Part shown: in pieces, positions 9,529 through 18,553 of the stretch | Layout of the letters: every line of letters starts with the position of its first letter | Numbering within the stretch: position 1 is the first letter of the stretch | Assembly (NCBI GenBank): GCA_964246745.1 | Contig: CAXTRK010000011.1 | Span: 11,173-75,172 of the forward strand | From: an uncultured Acetobacteraceae bacterium | GTDB lineage: Bacteria > Pseudomonadota > Alphaproteobacteria > Acetobacterales > Acetobacteraceae | Reading direction: 5' to 3' | Length of the DNA: 64,000 bases | Notes under the pieces: generated by a model | What the model was told of the DNA's origin: nothing | The model's database searches: none | The model's input: the letters and a program-made list of their open reading frames with translations, nothing else | Made by a program: the position numbers and the translations under genes

Positions 9529-10350
9529 CTAGCCGTGTGTCCGCCAGTCCGGCGGCACGCCGCCAAGCTGCGCCGTGATGGCCTCAGCGCGACGCCGCAC
9601 CAAGTCGCCAAGCGACTGAATGCGAGCATCTGCAATACGCGCCATCGGCCCCGAAATGGAGATGGCGGCAATCGCGTCCGCGTTCTCGTTGAAGATCACC
9701 GCGGCGATGCAGCGCAGTCCGACCGCGTGCTCTTCGTCGTCGATGGCGTAGCCGCGGGCACGGGTGGCGGCGAGGTCATGGCGTAGCGCGGCCGTGGTGT
9801 GGATCGATTTGACCGTGAGCTTGGGCAGGCCGCGTCGGTGCAGCACCTTGGAGAGCTCGCCGTCCGGCATCGCGGCGAGCAGCGCCTTGCCGACGCTGGA
9901 GCAGTGCAGCGGCACACGGCCGCCGGGACGGGCGAAGGCGCGCATCATCTGCCGGCAGTCCACCTGCGCGAGATAGACCGCCTCATACTGGTCCTCGACG
10001 GCGAGGTTCACCGTCTCCTCGCTGTCCTCCATCAGGGCGCGCATGTGCGGACGGGCGGCGGCGACCAGGCTGCGTGTCTTGAGAAAGGCGTTGCCGGTGA
10101 CGAAGGCCTGCACGCCCACCGACCAGAGGCGCCGCTCCAGGTCGAAATGCACGTAGCGCTCCTGCTCCAGCGTGGTCAGCAGCCGGTGCGTCGTCGAGGC
10201 GGACAGGCCCACTTGTTGGGCGACTTCCGTGAGGGTGACGCCCTCGTCGGCCGCGGCCAGGCGGTTGATGATGCCGAGCGCACGCACCAGAGACTGCACC
10301 TGGTCGGAGCGTCCGGTCGTGGCGCGGCGTGAGGCTGCACTTTGCGACAT
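9529..10350 (-). CDS. IclR-family transcriptional regulator (AllR/BhcR-like, probably glyoxylate-responsive)
   Basis: [11 protein letters not shown] start, [26 protein letters not shown]; divergent from the gcl/glc cluster. Confidence 0.88.
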   Translation of the reverse strand: MSQSAASRRATTGRSDQVQSLVRALGIINRLAAADEGVTLTEVAQQVGLSASTTHRLLTTLEQERYVHFDLERRLWSVGVQAFVTGNAFLKTRSLVAAARPHMRALMEDSEETVNLAVEDQYEAVYLAQVDCRQMMRAFARPGGRVPLHCSSVGKALLAAMPDGELSKVLHRRGLPKLTVKSIHTTAALRHDLAATRARGYAIDDEEHAVGLRCIAAVIFNENADAIAAISISGPMARIADARIQSLGDLVRRRAEAITAQLGGVPPDWRTHG

Positions 10351-10450
10351 GGCTCAATCCACTGATCGTGCTTCGAATTATGCGGGTTTTTCCACCATGC
10401 GGTATAGTTTCCGTAAACTCTATGCGGCGTCGCGGCAAAAGCCGATGCTC

Positions 10451-10476
10451 CCCTCACGAACAGCTTGGCGTGAGGG
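10451..10476 (+). promoter_or_regulatory. 8-bp inverted repeat covering the SD of gcl
   Basis: CCCTCACG-N10-CGTGAGGG ends 8 nt before ATG 10485. Confidence 0.35.
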
Positions 10477-10484
10477 CGCGAAAC

Positions 10485-11987
10485 ATGGCTCGGATGAAGG
10501 CGATCGAGGCCGCGGTGCGCGTGCTCGAGCAGGAGGGAGTGACCGTCGCGTTCGGCGTGCCGGGCGCCGCGATCAATTAGTTCTACGCGGCGCTGAAGTC
10601 GCTCGGCACCATCCGGCACATTCTCGCCCGTCACGTCGAGGGCGCCTCGCATATGGCGGACGGCTACACACGTGCCAAACCCGGCAATATCGGCGTCTGC
10701 GTCGGCACTTCCGGGCCGGCCGGGGCCGGTGCTGATCGACATGCCGATCGACGTGCAGATGGCGGAAATCGAGTTCGACGTCGAGACCTATGCGAGCCTG
10801 CCCGCCTACAAACCGGCGGCGACGCGGGCGCAGTTGGAGAAGGCGCTGGCGATGATGCGGCAGGCCGAGCGCCCGCTGATCGTGGCCGGCGGCGGCATCA
10901 TCAACGCGGACGCGAGCGAGCTGCTGGTCGAGTTTGCCGAACTGACTGGCGTGCCGGTAATCCCCACCTTGATGGGCTGGGGCACGATCCCCGATGATCA
11001 TCCGCTAATGGCCGGCATGGTCGGGCTGCAGACCAGCCACCGCTACGGCAATGCGAGTTTCCTCGAGAGCGACTTCGTGCTTGGCATCGGCAACCGCTGG
11101 GCCAATCGCCATACCGGATCGGTGGAGGTCTATACCAGGGGACGGCGCTTCGTTCACATCGACATTGAGCCGACGCAGATCGGCCGTGTGTTCGGACCCG
11201 ATTTCGGCATCGTCTCCGATGCGGGCGCGGCCTTGCAGGGCCTGGTTGCGATCGCGCGTGACAGCGAGGCGGCCGGCACGCTCAAGGACCGCGGCGAATG
11301 GGCGGCATCCTGCCTGCATCGCAAGCGGAACATGCTGCGTCGCACGCATTTTGACGACGTGCCGATGAAGCCGCAGCGGGTCTATCAGGAAATGAACGAG
11401 GTGTTCGGACGCGACACCTGCTACGTCACCACGATCGGACTGTCGCAGATTGCGGGCGCGCCGACAATACCATCGTCGCACTCTCGGGCGATTACGACTT
11501 CCAGTTCATGATCGAGGAACTTGCGGTCGGCGCGCAGCACAAGCTGCCTTACCTGCACGTGGTTGTGAACAACTCCTATCTCGGCCTCATCCGCCAGTCG
11601 CAGCGCGGCTTTGCGATGGATTTCGAAGTGAGCCTCGCCTTCGACAACATCAACGCGGGACCAGGGGAAGACGCCGTGGGCGGCTACGGTGTGGATCATT
11701 GCGCGGTCGCCGAAGGACTTGGCTGCAAGGCGATACGGGTCAGTAGTCCCAACGAGTTCAAGGAGGCGTTCGCTCGCGCCGAGGCGCTGATGGCCGAGCA
11801 TCAGGTTCCGGTGGTGCTTGAATTCATGCTTGAGCGCGTCACCAACATCTCGATGGGCGCCGAAGTCGACAACATCAGCGAGTTCGAGGACATCCTCTGC
11901 CTCGATCCGAATCTGTCGATACAAAAGCGCCAGGAGATGGGGCGCGCCGCCGACGCTTGCGATCCTGGACACGGTCGGCTCGGATAA
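10485..11987 (+). pseudogene. gcl: Glyoxylate carboligase pseudogene (premature stop, two internal deletions with frameshifts)
   Basis: [19 protein letters not shown] then TAG at 10578-10580; GTSGPAG joined directly to RPGPVLID near 10717; [11 protein letters not shown] joined to [20 protein letters not shown] at 11460. Confidence 0.9.
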
Positions 11988-11988
11988 C

Positions 11989-12045
11989 GAGCGTATCGAC
12001 GCGCTTGGCGATGGCGGCTGGGTCGGCTGCGAATACAAGCCGGCG
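11989..12045 (+). pseudogene. hyi: C-terminal fragment of hydroxypyruvate isomerase
   Basis: [19 protein letters not shown] matches the Hyi C-terminal GWVGCEYKP motif. Confidence 0.7.
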
Positions 12046-12048
12046 GCA

Positions 12049-12390
12049 GACGACGATTCCTCAGTGATCGGGTCGGGGCCGACGGTTCCGGACGCAAGCA
12101 CGCTCGACGACGCGCGCGAGGTTCTGCCACGCTATCGCATCGAGACGCCGGCCGCCGTGCTGGCGCATCTGCTCAATCCGGCAGTGGAGACGCCGAGATC
12201 CGGCGACGCCGCAGGCCTCGCTGAAGGCCGCCGCAACTGTCGCGCGCGCGGCCGGGCGATCGGCCTGAGCGCGCGGGCGCTGCTCGACGATAATGACGGC
12301 TATGGCTTTTTCGCGGCGCTCGGCCACCTTATCCTCACTGGCCCGACGCTCACGAACGTCAATGACTTCCGTGCAATCCTGATAGCCTGA
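12049..12390 (+). pseudogene. ttuD: Two fused fragments of glycerate kinase (TtuD/MOFRL family)
   Basis: [18 protein letters not shown] (middle of the protein) joined to [32 protein letters not shown] (MOFRL C-terminus). Confidence 0.8.
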
Positions 12391-12412
12391 CGACAATGGA
12401 GGACGTGCCGCG

Positions 12413-13903
12413 ATGATCCAGATGCCGCTGCCCGACGAGGATGTGCTGCGCCGACGCGCCGGGATCGTGAGCGCTCTCAAACGCATCGTCCCAGGCGAGG
12501 GCGTGATCGACTCCGAAGTCGAGCGGCGCGCCTACGAGAGCGATGGACTGACCGCCTACGGCACGCTGCCGATGGTGGTCGTGCTGCCGGAGACGGTGGA
12601 TCAGATCGTCCGCATCATGCGCTATTGCAGTGCCGAGGGCATCAAGCTGGTGCCGCGCGGCGCCGGCACCTCGCTCTCGGGAGGCGCGCTGCCGCTCGCC
12701 GACGGCATCCTGCTGGGCTTGGGCAAGTTCAAGCGCATCCTCGACATCGACATCGACAACCGCTGCGTCGTGGCGCAGCCGGGAGTCACCAACCTCGCCA
12801 TCACCCATGCGGTGCAGGATCAAGGCTTCTATTACGCGCCCGACCCTTCGAGCCAGATCGCCTGCACCATCGGCGGCAACGTCGCCGAGAATTCAGGCGG
12901 CGTGCACTGCCTGAAATACGGACTGACCACGAACAACGTCATCGGCATCGAGATGGTCACCATCGAGGGCGAGATCGTGCGCCTCGGCGGCAAGCACTTC
13001 GACGCCGGCGGCTACGACCTGCTCGGCGTGATGGTCGGCTCCGAAGGGCTGCTCGGCGTCGTCACCGAAGTCACCGTGCGTATTCTGCCCAGGCCGCCGG
13101 GCGCGCGCGCCGTGCTGATCGGCTTTCCCACCATCGAAGGCGCCGGCGAATGCGTGGCCGCGATCATCGGGCGGGGAATCATTCCAGGCGGCATGGAGAT
13201 GATGGACCGGCCCGCGACGATGGCCGCCGAGGCGTTCGTCCATGCCGGCTACCCGCTGGACGCCGAAGCCGTGCTGATCGTCGAACTCGATGGCTGCGAG
13301 GCGGAAGTCGATCATCTGATCGCCACCGTCGAGGAGATCGCGGTCGATCATGGCGCCACCACCTGCCGGGTCAGCCGGAGCGAGGAGGAACGGCTGCTGT
13401 TCTGGGCGGGACGCAAGGCGGCGTTCCCGGCCGTGGGCAGGCTTTCTCCCGACTATTACTGCATGGACGGCACCATCCCGCGCAAGCGGCTGGCGGAGGT
13501 GCTCACCCGGATGAAGCAGATGGAGGCGGAATTCGGACTTCGCGTCGCCAACGTGTTTCACGCGGGCGACGGCAATCTGCATCCGCTGATCATGTACGAC
13601 GCGAACATTCCGGGCGAGCTCGCGCGCGCGGAGCAATTCGGCAACGACATCTTGCGTCTCTGCGTCGAGGTAGGCGGCGTGCTGACCGGAGAGCACGGCG
13701 TCGGCATCGAGAAGCGCGACCTGATGGGAACGATGTTCGGCAAGGTCGATCTCGACCAGCAGCAGCGTCTGAAATGCGCCTTTGATCCGGACAGCCTGCT
13801 CAATCCTGGCAAGATGTTTCCCGAGCTGTGCCGCTGCGCCGAACTCGGCCGCGTGCATGTGCATGCCGGCCAGACACGCTTTCCAGAGCTGCCGCGGTTC
13901 TGA
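12413..13903 (+). CDS. glcD: Glycolate oxidase FAD subunit GlcD
   Basis: PRGAGTSLSGG, APDPSSQIACTIGGN, HAGDGNLHP and GEHGVGIEK; GGAGG SD. Confidence 0.92.
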   Translation: MIQMPLPDEDVLRRRAGIVSALKRIVPGEGVIDSEVERRAYESDGLTAYGTLPMVVVLPETVDQIVRIMRYCSAEGIKLVPRGAGTSLSGGALPLADGILLGLGKFKRILDIDIDNRCVVAQPGVTNLAITHAVQDQGFYYAPDPSSQIACTIGGNVAENSGGVHCLKYGLTTNNVIGIEMVTIEGEIVRLGGKHFDAGGYDLLGVMVGSEGLLGVVTEVTVRILPRPPGARAVLIGFPTIEGAGECVAAIIGRGIIPGGMEMMDRPATMAAEAFVHAGYPLDAEAVLIVELDGCEAEVDHLIATVEEIAVDHGATTCRVSRSEEERLLFWAGRKAAFPAVGRLSPDYYCMDGTIPRKRLAEVLTRMKQMEAEFGLRVANVFHAGDGNLHPLIMYDANIPGELARAEQFGNDILRLCVEVGGVLTGEHGVGIEKRDLMGTMFGKVDLDQQQRLKCAFDPDSLLNPGKMFPELCRCAELGRVHVHAGQTRFPELPRF

Positions 13904-13904
13904 G

Positions 13905-15110
13905 ATGCAACGCCACTGCCCGGCCAGCGACGAGGAGGTCGCCGAGATCGTTTCCTGGGCGGCGGCTTCCGGCGAACCGCTCGAGATCTCGGCCGGCGGC
14001 AGCAAGCGCGCCTATGGCCGCCCGGTGCGGAGCGGGCATATGCTGGACCTCGGCCGGTTGCGCGGCATCGTCGATTACGATCCATCCGAACTGGTGCTGA
14101 CCGCGCGGGCGGCCACGCCGATGGCCGAGATCGAGCCGTTGCTGACGCGGCACCGGCAGATGCTGGGGTTTGAGCCGCCTGACTGGACCCTTCTGCTCGC
14201 TGGCAACGGAGCGCCGACCCTGGGCGGCGTCATTGCCTGCAACCTCGCCGGACCACGACGTGTCCGCGCCGGCGCCGCCCGCGACCACTTCCTCGGTTTT
14301 GCCGGGGTCAATGGCTGGGGCGACCGCTGGAAGGCCGGCGGCACCGTGGTGAAGAACGTCACCGGCTACGATCTGTGCAAGCTGCAAGCGGGCGCGCACG
14401 GCACGCTGTCGGTGCTGACCGAAATCACCGTGCGTGTGCTGCCGAAGCCGGAGGCCTCGTGCAGCCTGGTGCTGAGGGATCTCACCGAGGCGGAGGCAAT
14501 GCGGGCGATGACCGCGGCGCTGAACACGCCGCACGAGGTGTCGGCGGCGTGCCACCTGCCACAGGCGGCCGCGGCACGCTCAGGCGTGTCCGGCTTGGCG
14601 GGAGCCGCGACCGTGCTGCGTCTCGAAGGGCCGCCGCCGTCGGTGGCGTATCGCGCCGAGGCGCTGCGTGCCGTGTTCGACCAGGCCGAGCTTCTGGAGG
14701 CGGCGCAATCCGAGGCTTTGTGGGCGGAGATCACGGTAGTGCAGCCGCTGCTTGGCGGCAGCGACATCGTCTGGCGCGTGTGCCCGACGCCGTCTTCGGC
14801 GCCGGCGCTGGTGGCGCGGATGCGCGCGGCGTGGCCCTCGGCGGAGGCGTTCTACGACTGGGGCGGCGGCCTCGTCTGGCTCGGGCTCGATGCGTCGGCG
14901 GGCGTGGATGGCGGTGCCGCCGTGCTGCGCGCGGCACTCGCCAGACATGGCGGCCATGCCACGCTGCTGCGTGCCAGCGAGGCGCTGCGCGGCGCCGTGC
15001 CGGTGTTCGAGCCGCAAGCCCCTGCCCTCGATGCGCTGGCGCGCCGGGTCAAGGCGGGCTTTGATCCCAACGGCATTCTCAATCCGGGCCGTATGCAGGA
15101 AGGGGTGTAG
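13905..15110 (+). CDS. glcE: Glycolate oxidase FAD subunit GlcE
   Basis: GGTVVKNVTGYDLCKL and FDPNGILNPGR; ATG 13905 lies 1 nt after the glcD stop. Confidence 0.9.
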   Translation: MQRHCPASDEEVAEIVSWAAASGEPLEISAGGSKRAYGRPVRSGHMLDLGRLRGIVDYDPSELVLTARAATPMAEIEPLLTRHRQMLGFEPPDWTLLLAGNGAPTLGGVIACNLAGPRRVRAGAARDHFLGFAGVNGWGDRWKAGGTVVKNVTGYDLCKLQAGAHGTLSVLTEITVRVLPKPEASCSLVLRDLTEAEAMRAMTAALNTPHEVSAACHLPQAAAARSGVSGLAGAATVLRLEGPPPSVAYRAEALRAVFDQAELLEAAQSEALWAEITVVQPLLGGSDIVWRVCPTPSSAPALVARMRAAWPSAEAFYDWGGGLVWLGLDASAGVDGGAAVLRAALARHGGHATLLRASEALRGAVPVFEPQAPALDALARRVKAGFDPNGILNPGRMQEGV

Positions 15111-15112
15111 CC

Positions 15113-16396
15113 ATGCAGACCCGTTTTTCCGACGAACAGCTTGCCGATGCCGATACCGCGGAGTCGGCGAAAATCCTGCGCTCCTGCGTGCATTGCGGCT
15201 TCTGCACCGCGACCTGCCCGACCTACACGCTGCTCGGCGACGAACTCGACAGCCCGCGCGGACGGATCTCCCTGATCAAGGACATGCTGGAGAACAACCG
15301 GCCTGCCACCGAGAAGGTCGTGAAGCACATTGATCGCTGCCTGTCCTGTCTCGCCTGCATGACCACCTGCCCCTCGGGCGTGAACTACATGCACCTGGTC
15401 GATCACGCGCGGCATCATATCGAGAGGACCTACAAGCGTCCGTTTGCCGACCGCATGATGCGACGCATGCTCGCCGTCGTGCTGCCGCGTCCCGGATTGT
15501 TCCGCGCCTCGCTGCGCCTGTCGAGATTAGGCAAGCCGTTCGCCCGGCTGATGCCCGCGCGGCTTCGCGTGATGCTTGATCTGGCGCCTCGGCGGGTGCC
15601 GCAACCCTCGCCGGTGGACCGGCCGCAATCGATTGCCGCCATCGGCACCCGCAAGAAGCGTGTCGCCATCCTCAGCGGCTGCGCGCAACGGGTGCTGTCG
15701 CCGGAGATCAACGAGGCCACCATCCGTCTGTTGACCCGTCATGGCTGCGAGGTCATCGTCGCCAAGGGAGCCGGCTGCTGCGGCGCGCTCGCGCACCATC
15801 TCGGCCAGCAAGGCAATGCGGCGGCACGCGCCAACATCCTCGCCTGGCAGCGCGAGATCGAGGGCGAGGGGCTCGACGCAATCGTCATCAACGCGTCCGG
15901 CTGCGGCACCACGGTCAAGGATTACGGCTTCATGTTCCGCGAAGACCGCAGGCTTGCGGAAGCCGCTCGCCAGGTCTCGTCGCTGGCGCGCGACATCACC
16001 GAGCTGATGAGCGAGATCGGCCTCAAGCCGGCCGTGGTCGCGACCGGACAGCGGGTCGCCTATCACAGCGCCTGCTCGTTGCAGCACGGCCAGCAGGTGC
16101 ATAAGCAACCCGGGCAATTGCTGACCGCGGCCGGTTTCGAGGTGGTCGGCGTGCCGGAAGGTCATCTCTGCTGCGGTTCCGCCGGCACCTACAACCTGCT
16201 GCAGCCGGACATCGCGACCCGGTTGCGCGACCGCAAGGTCGAGAACATCGAGCGCACCAAACCCGCTCTGATCGCCGCCGGCAATGTCGGCTGCATGACC
16301 CAGATCGCCGCCGGCACCACAATCCCGGTGCTGCACACCGCCCAGCTTCTAGATTGGGCGACCGGCGGTCCAAGGCCGCGCGCGCTGCCGGGATAG
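15113..16396 (+). CDS. glcF: Glycolate oxidase iron-sulfur subunit GlcF
   Basis: CVHCGFCTATCP, CLSCLACMTTCP, two CCG domains (GCCGAL, LCCGSAGTY). Confidence 0.92.
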   Translation: MQTRFSDEQLADADTAESAKILRSCVHCGFCTATCPTYTLLGDELDSPRGRISLIKDMLENNRPATEKVVKHIDRCLSCLACMTTCPSGVNYMHLVDHARHHIERTYKRPFADRMMRRMLAVVLPRPGLFRASLRLSRLGKPFARLMPARLRVMLDLAPRRVPQPSPVDRPQSIAAIGTRKKRVAILSGCAQRVLSPEINEATIRLLTRHGCEVIVAKGAGCCGALAHHLGQQGNAAARANILAWQREIEGEGLDAIVINASGCGTTVKDYGFMFREDRRLAEAARQVSSLARDITELMSEIGLKPAVVATGQRVAYHSACSLQHGQQVHKQPGQLLTAAGFEVVGVPEGHLCCGSAGTYNLLQPDIATRLRDRKVENIERTKPALIAAGNVGCMTQIAAGTTIPVLHTAQLLDWATGGPRPRALPG

Positions 16397-16441
16397 CCAC
16401 TCCCTCGTCAAACGTCCAAGATAACAACATCGGAGGAAGCC

Positions 16442-18088
16442 TTGTTCAAGCAACCGTTGACTCCCATCGCCGGCAGCCTGCCGCTGTCGTTCCTGGTGGC
16501 GGTGCTGCCCATCCTGGTGGTGCTGGTCCTGCTCGGCGTGCTGCGCCGGCCGGCCTGGCAGGCCTCGCTCGCGGGATTGATCACCGCGCTGCTGGTCGCG
16601 GTGCTGGGCTGGCGGTTCCCGATCGGCCTGGCGCTCGACAGCGTCGCCGCCGGCGTCACCTTCGCGCTCTGGCCGGTGATGTGGATCGTGGTCAACGCGC
16701 TGCTGCTCTACAATATCGCCGTGCTGTCCGGGCGTTTCGACGCGTTCCGCGAGTGGCTGCTTGATCATCTGCCCAATGACCGGCGCATCGTCCTGGTCGT
16801 GGTGGGCTTCTGTTTCGGCTGCCTGCTCGAGGGCATCGCCGGCTTCGGCACGCCGGTCGCCATCACCAGCGCGCTGCTGATCATGGTGGGCTTCCCGCCG
16901 CTGGAGGCGCTCACCTACACGCTGATCTTCGACACGGCGCCGGTGGCGTTCGGGGCGCTGGGCGTGCCGGTCACGGTCCTCGCCAAGGTCACCGGCCTGC
17001 CCGCGCTCAGCCTGGGCGCGATGATCGGACGGCAGTTGCCGTTCTTCGCCTTCATGCTGCCGTTCTATGTCATGCTGATCTATGGCGGCATGCGCTCGGT
17101 GCGCGCGCTGTGGCCGGTGCTGCTGGTCGCCGGCGGCAGCTTCGCGATCACCCAGTTCGTCTCGTCCAACTTCCTGAACTACGCGCTGACCGACGTGCTG
17201 TCGTCGCTGGTGGCGCTGGCCGCGACCTTGGGCTTCATGCGCATCTGGTCGCCGCGGCCGGACGCGGCCTTCAGCATCGACGCGCGCGCCAACCGGCCGC
17301 CACGCCTGGGTCTCGCGCGTGCCGTCGGCGCGGACGTCACACTCGGGCGCACACCGCGCGCTGTGCCCACCTGGCAGGGATGGATCCCCTGGGTGCTGGT
17401 CTCGGCGGTGGTCATCGTCTGGACCTATGCCGGGATCTCTGACGTCGGCCAGCGGGTGATCGCCTGGCCCGGCTTGAACAACCGGGTCATGATCACGCTC
17501 TATCACAAGGTCTATGCGGCCACGTGGGGCTTTCAGCCGCTGAGCACCGGCACCGCCATCCTGGTGGCGGCACTGCTCACCGCGGCGATCGTCGGATTGA
17601 AGCCGGCGCAACTCCTGGTCGCCATTGTCAACACCTGGCGGCAGAGCCGTATCGCCATCCTGACCGTGTGCCTGATCATCGGGCTGGCCTATCTGATGAA
17701 CTATTCGGGACTGACCTATACGCTTGGCCTCGGCGTCGCTTCCGTCGGCGTATTCTTTCCGATCGTCTCGCCCTTTCTCGGCTGGGTTGCGGTGTTCCTC
17801 TCCGGCAGCGACACGTCCGGCAACGCCTTGTTCGGCAACCTGCAAGTCGTCGCCGGCAAACAGCTCGGCCTCAATCCGGTGCTGATCGCGGCCACCAACT
17901 CCTCAGGCGGGGTGATGGGCAAGATGATCTCGCCGCAGAATATCGCCACCGGCGTTTCGGTCACCAACCTCAAGGGCCAGGAAGGCGTTGTGTTCGCGCG
18001 CACCTTCAAGCACAGCGTATTTCTCACTTTCCTGCTTGGCCTGCTGGTGGTGCTGCAGGAATATGTCGTGCCTTGGATGATCCCCTGA
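16442..18088 (+). CDS. lctP: L-lactate/glycolate permease (LctP/GlcA family)
   Basis: EGIAGFGTPVA, FLSGSDTSGNALFG and GKMISPQNI; multi-pass hydrophobic; TTG start after GGAGG. Confidence 0.88.
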   Translation: MFKQPLTPIAGSLPLSFLVAVLPILVVLVLLGVLRRPAWQASLAGLITALLVAVLGWRFPIGLALDSVAAGVTFALWPVMWIVVNALLLYNIAVLSGRFDAFREWLLDHLPNDRRIVLVVVGFCFGCLLEGIAGFGTPVAITSALLIMVGFPPLEALTYTLIFDTAPVAFGALGVPVTVLAKVTGLPALSLGAMIGRQLPFFAFMLPFYVMLIYGGMRSVRALWPVLLVAGGSFAITQFVSSNFLNYALTDVLSSLVALAATLGFMRIWSPRPDAAFSIDARANRPPRLGLARAVGADVTLGRTPRAVPTWQGWIPWVLVSAVVIVWTYAGISDVGQRVIAWPGLNNRVMITLYHKVYAATWGFQPLSTGTAILVAALLTAAIVGLKPAQLLVAIVNTWRQSRIAILTVCLIIGLAYLMNYSGLTYTLGLGVASVGVFFPIVSPFLGWVAVFLSGSDTSGNALFGNLQVVAGKQLGLNPVLIAATNSSGGVMGKMISPQNIATGVSVTNLKGQEGVVFARTFKHSVFLTFLLGLLVVLQEYVVPWMIP

Positions 18089-18105
18089 ATCGCAAGGAGT
18101 CGGAA

Positions 18106-18537
18106 ATGACGGTCGCATCGATCCTGGCGCAGAAAAGCAAGACCCTGATCTGCGTCGCTCCGGACACGCCGGTCAGCGAGGTCACGCGCATCCTCCACGA
18201 AAAGCAGATCGGCGCGGTGCTGGTCATGGACGGAGAGACGCTGCTCGGAGTATTGACGGAGCGCGGCATCGTCCGCGCCATGGCGCTGAACCCGCAAGGC
18301 GTGCGGGCGATGGCCGCCTCCAGCGTGATGCGGCCGAAACTGCATGAGGCCCATCTCTCCTCCACCCTGGACGAGGCGATGCAGGTCATGACTGAGAACC
18401 GTGTGCGCTATCTGCCGGTGGTCGAGGATGGCAAGCTGGTCGGGCTGGTCAGCATCGGCGACGTGGTCAAGGCTGAGCTTGGCCGCAACGTGCATGAAGT
18501 CCAGAACCTGACCGCCTATATCAGCGGCGCCCATTGA
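18106..18537 (+). CDS. Stand-alone CBS-pair protein
   Basis: [17 protein letters not shown] and [24 protein letters not shown]; AGGAG SD. Confidence 0.85.
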   Translation: MTVASILAQKSKTLICVAPDTPVSEVTRILHEKQIGAVLVMDGETLLGVLTERGIVRAMALNPQGVRAMAASSVMRPKLHEAHLSSTLDEAMQVMTENRVRYLPVVEDGKLVGLVSIGDVVKAELGRNVHEVQNLTAYISGAH

Positions 18538-18553
18538 GAGACCGAAAGCACGC

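Noticed and set aside
7903-9786. 627-aa plus-strand ORF
   Set aside because: Antisense shadow of the Rieske-hemerythrin gene and iclR; no motifs; typical GC-rich artefact
10672-11987. ORFs 10672-11511 and 11508-11987 as independent ThDP enzymes
   Set aside because: They are fragments of one broken gcl; cofactor-binding segments are deleted
11818-12390. 190-aa ORF as a novel chimeric protein
   Set aside because: An in-frame join of hyi and ttuD debris with no credible start or SD; counted as pseudogene remnants
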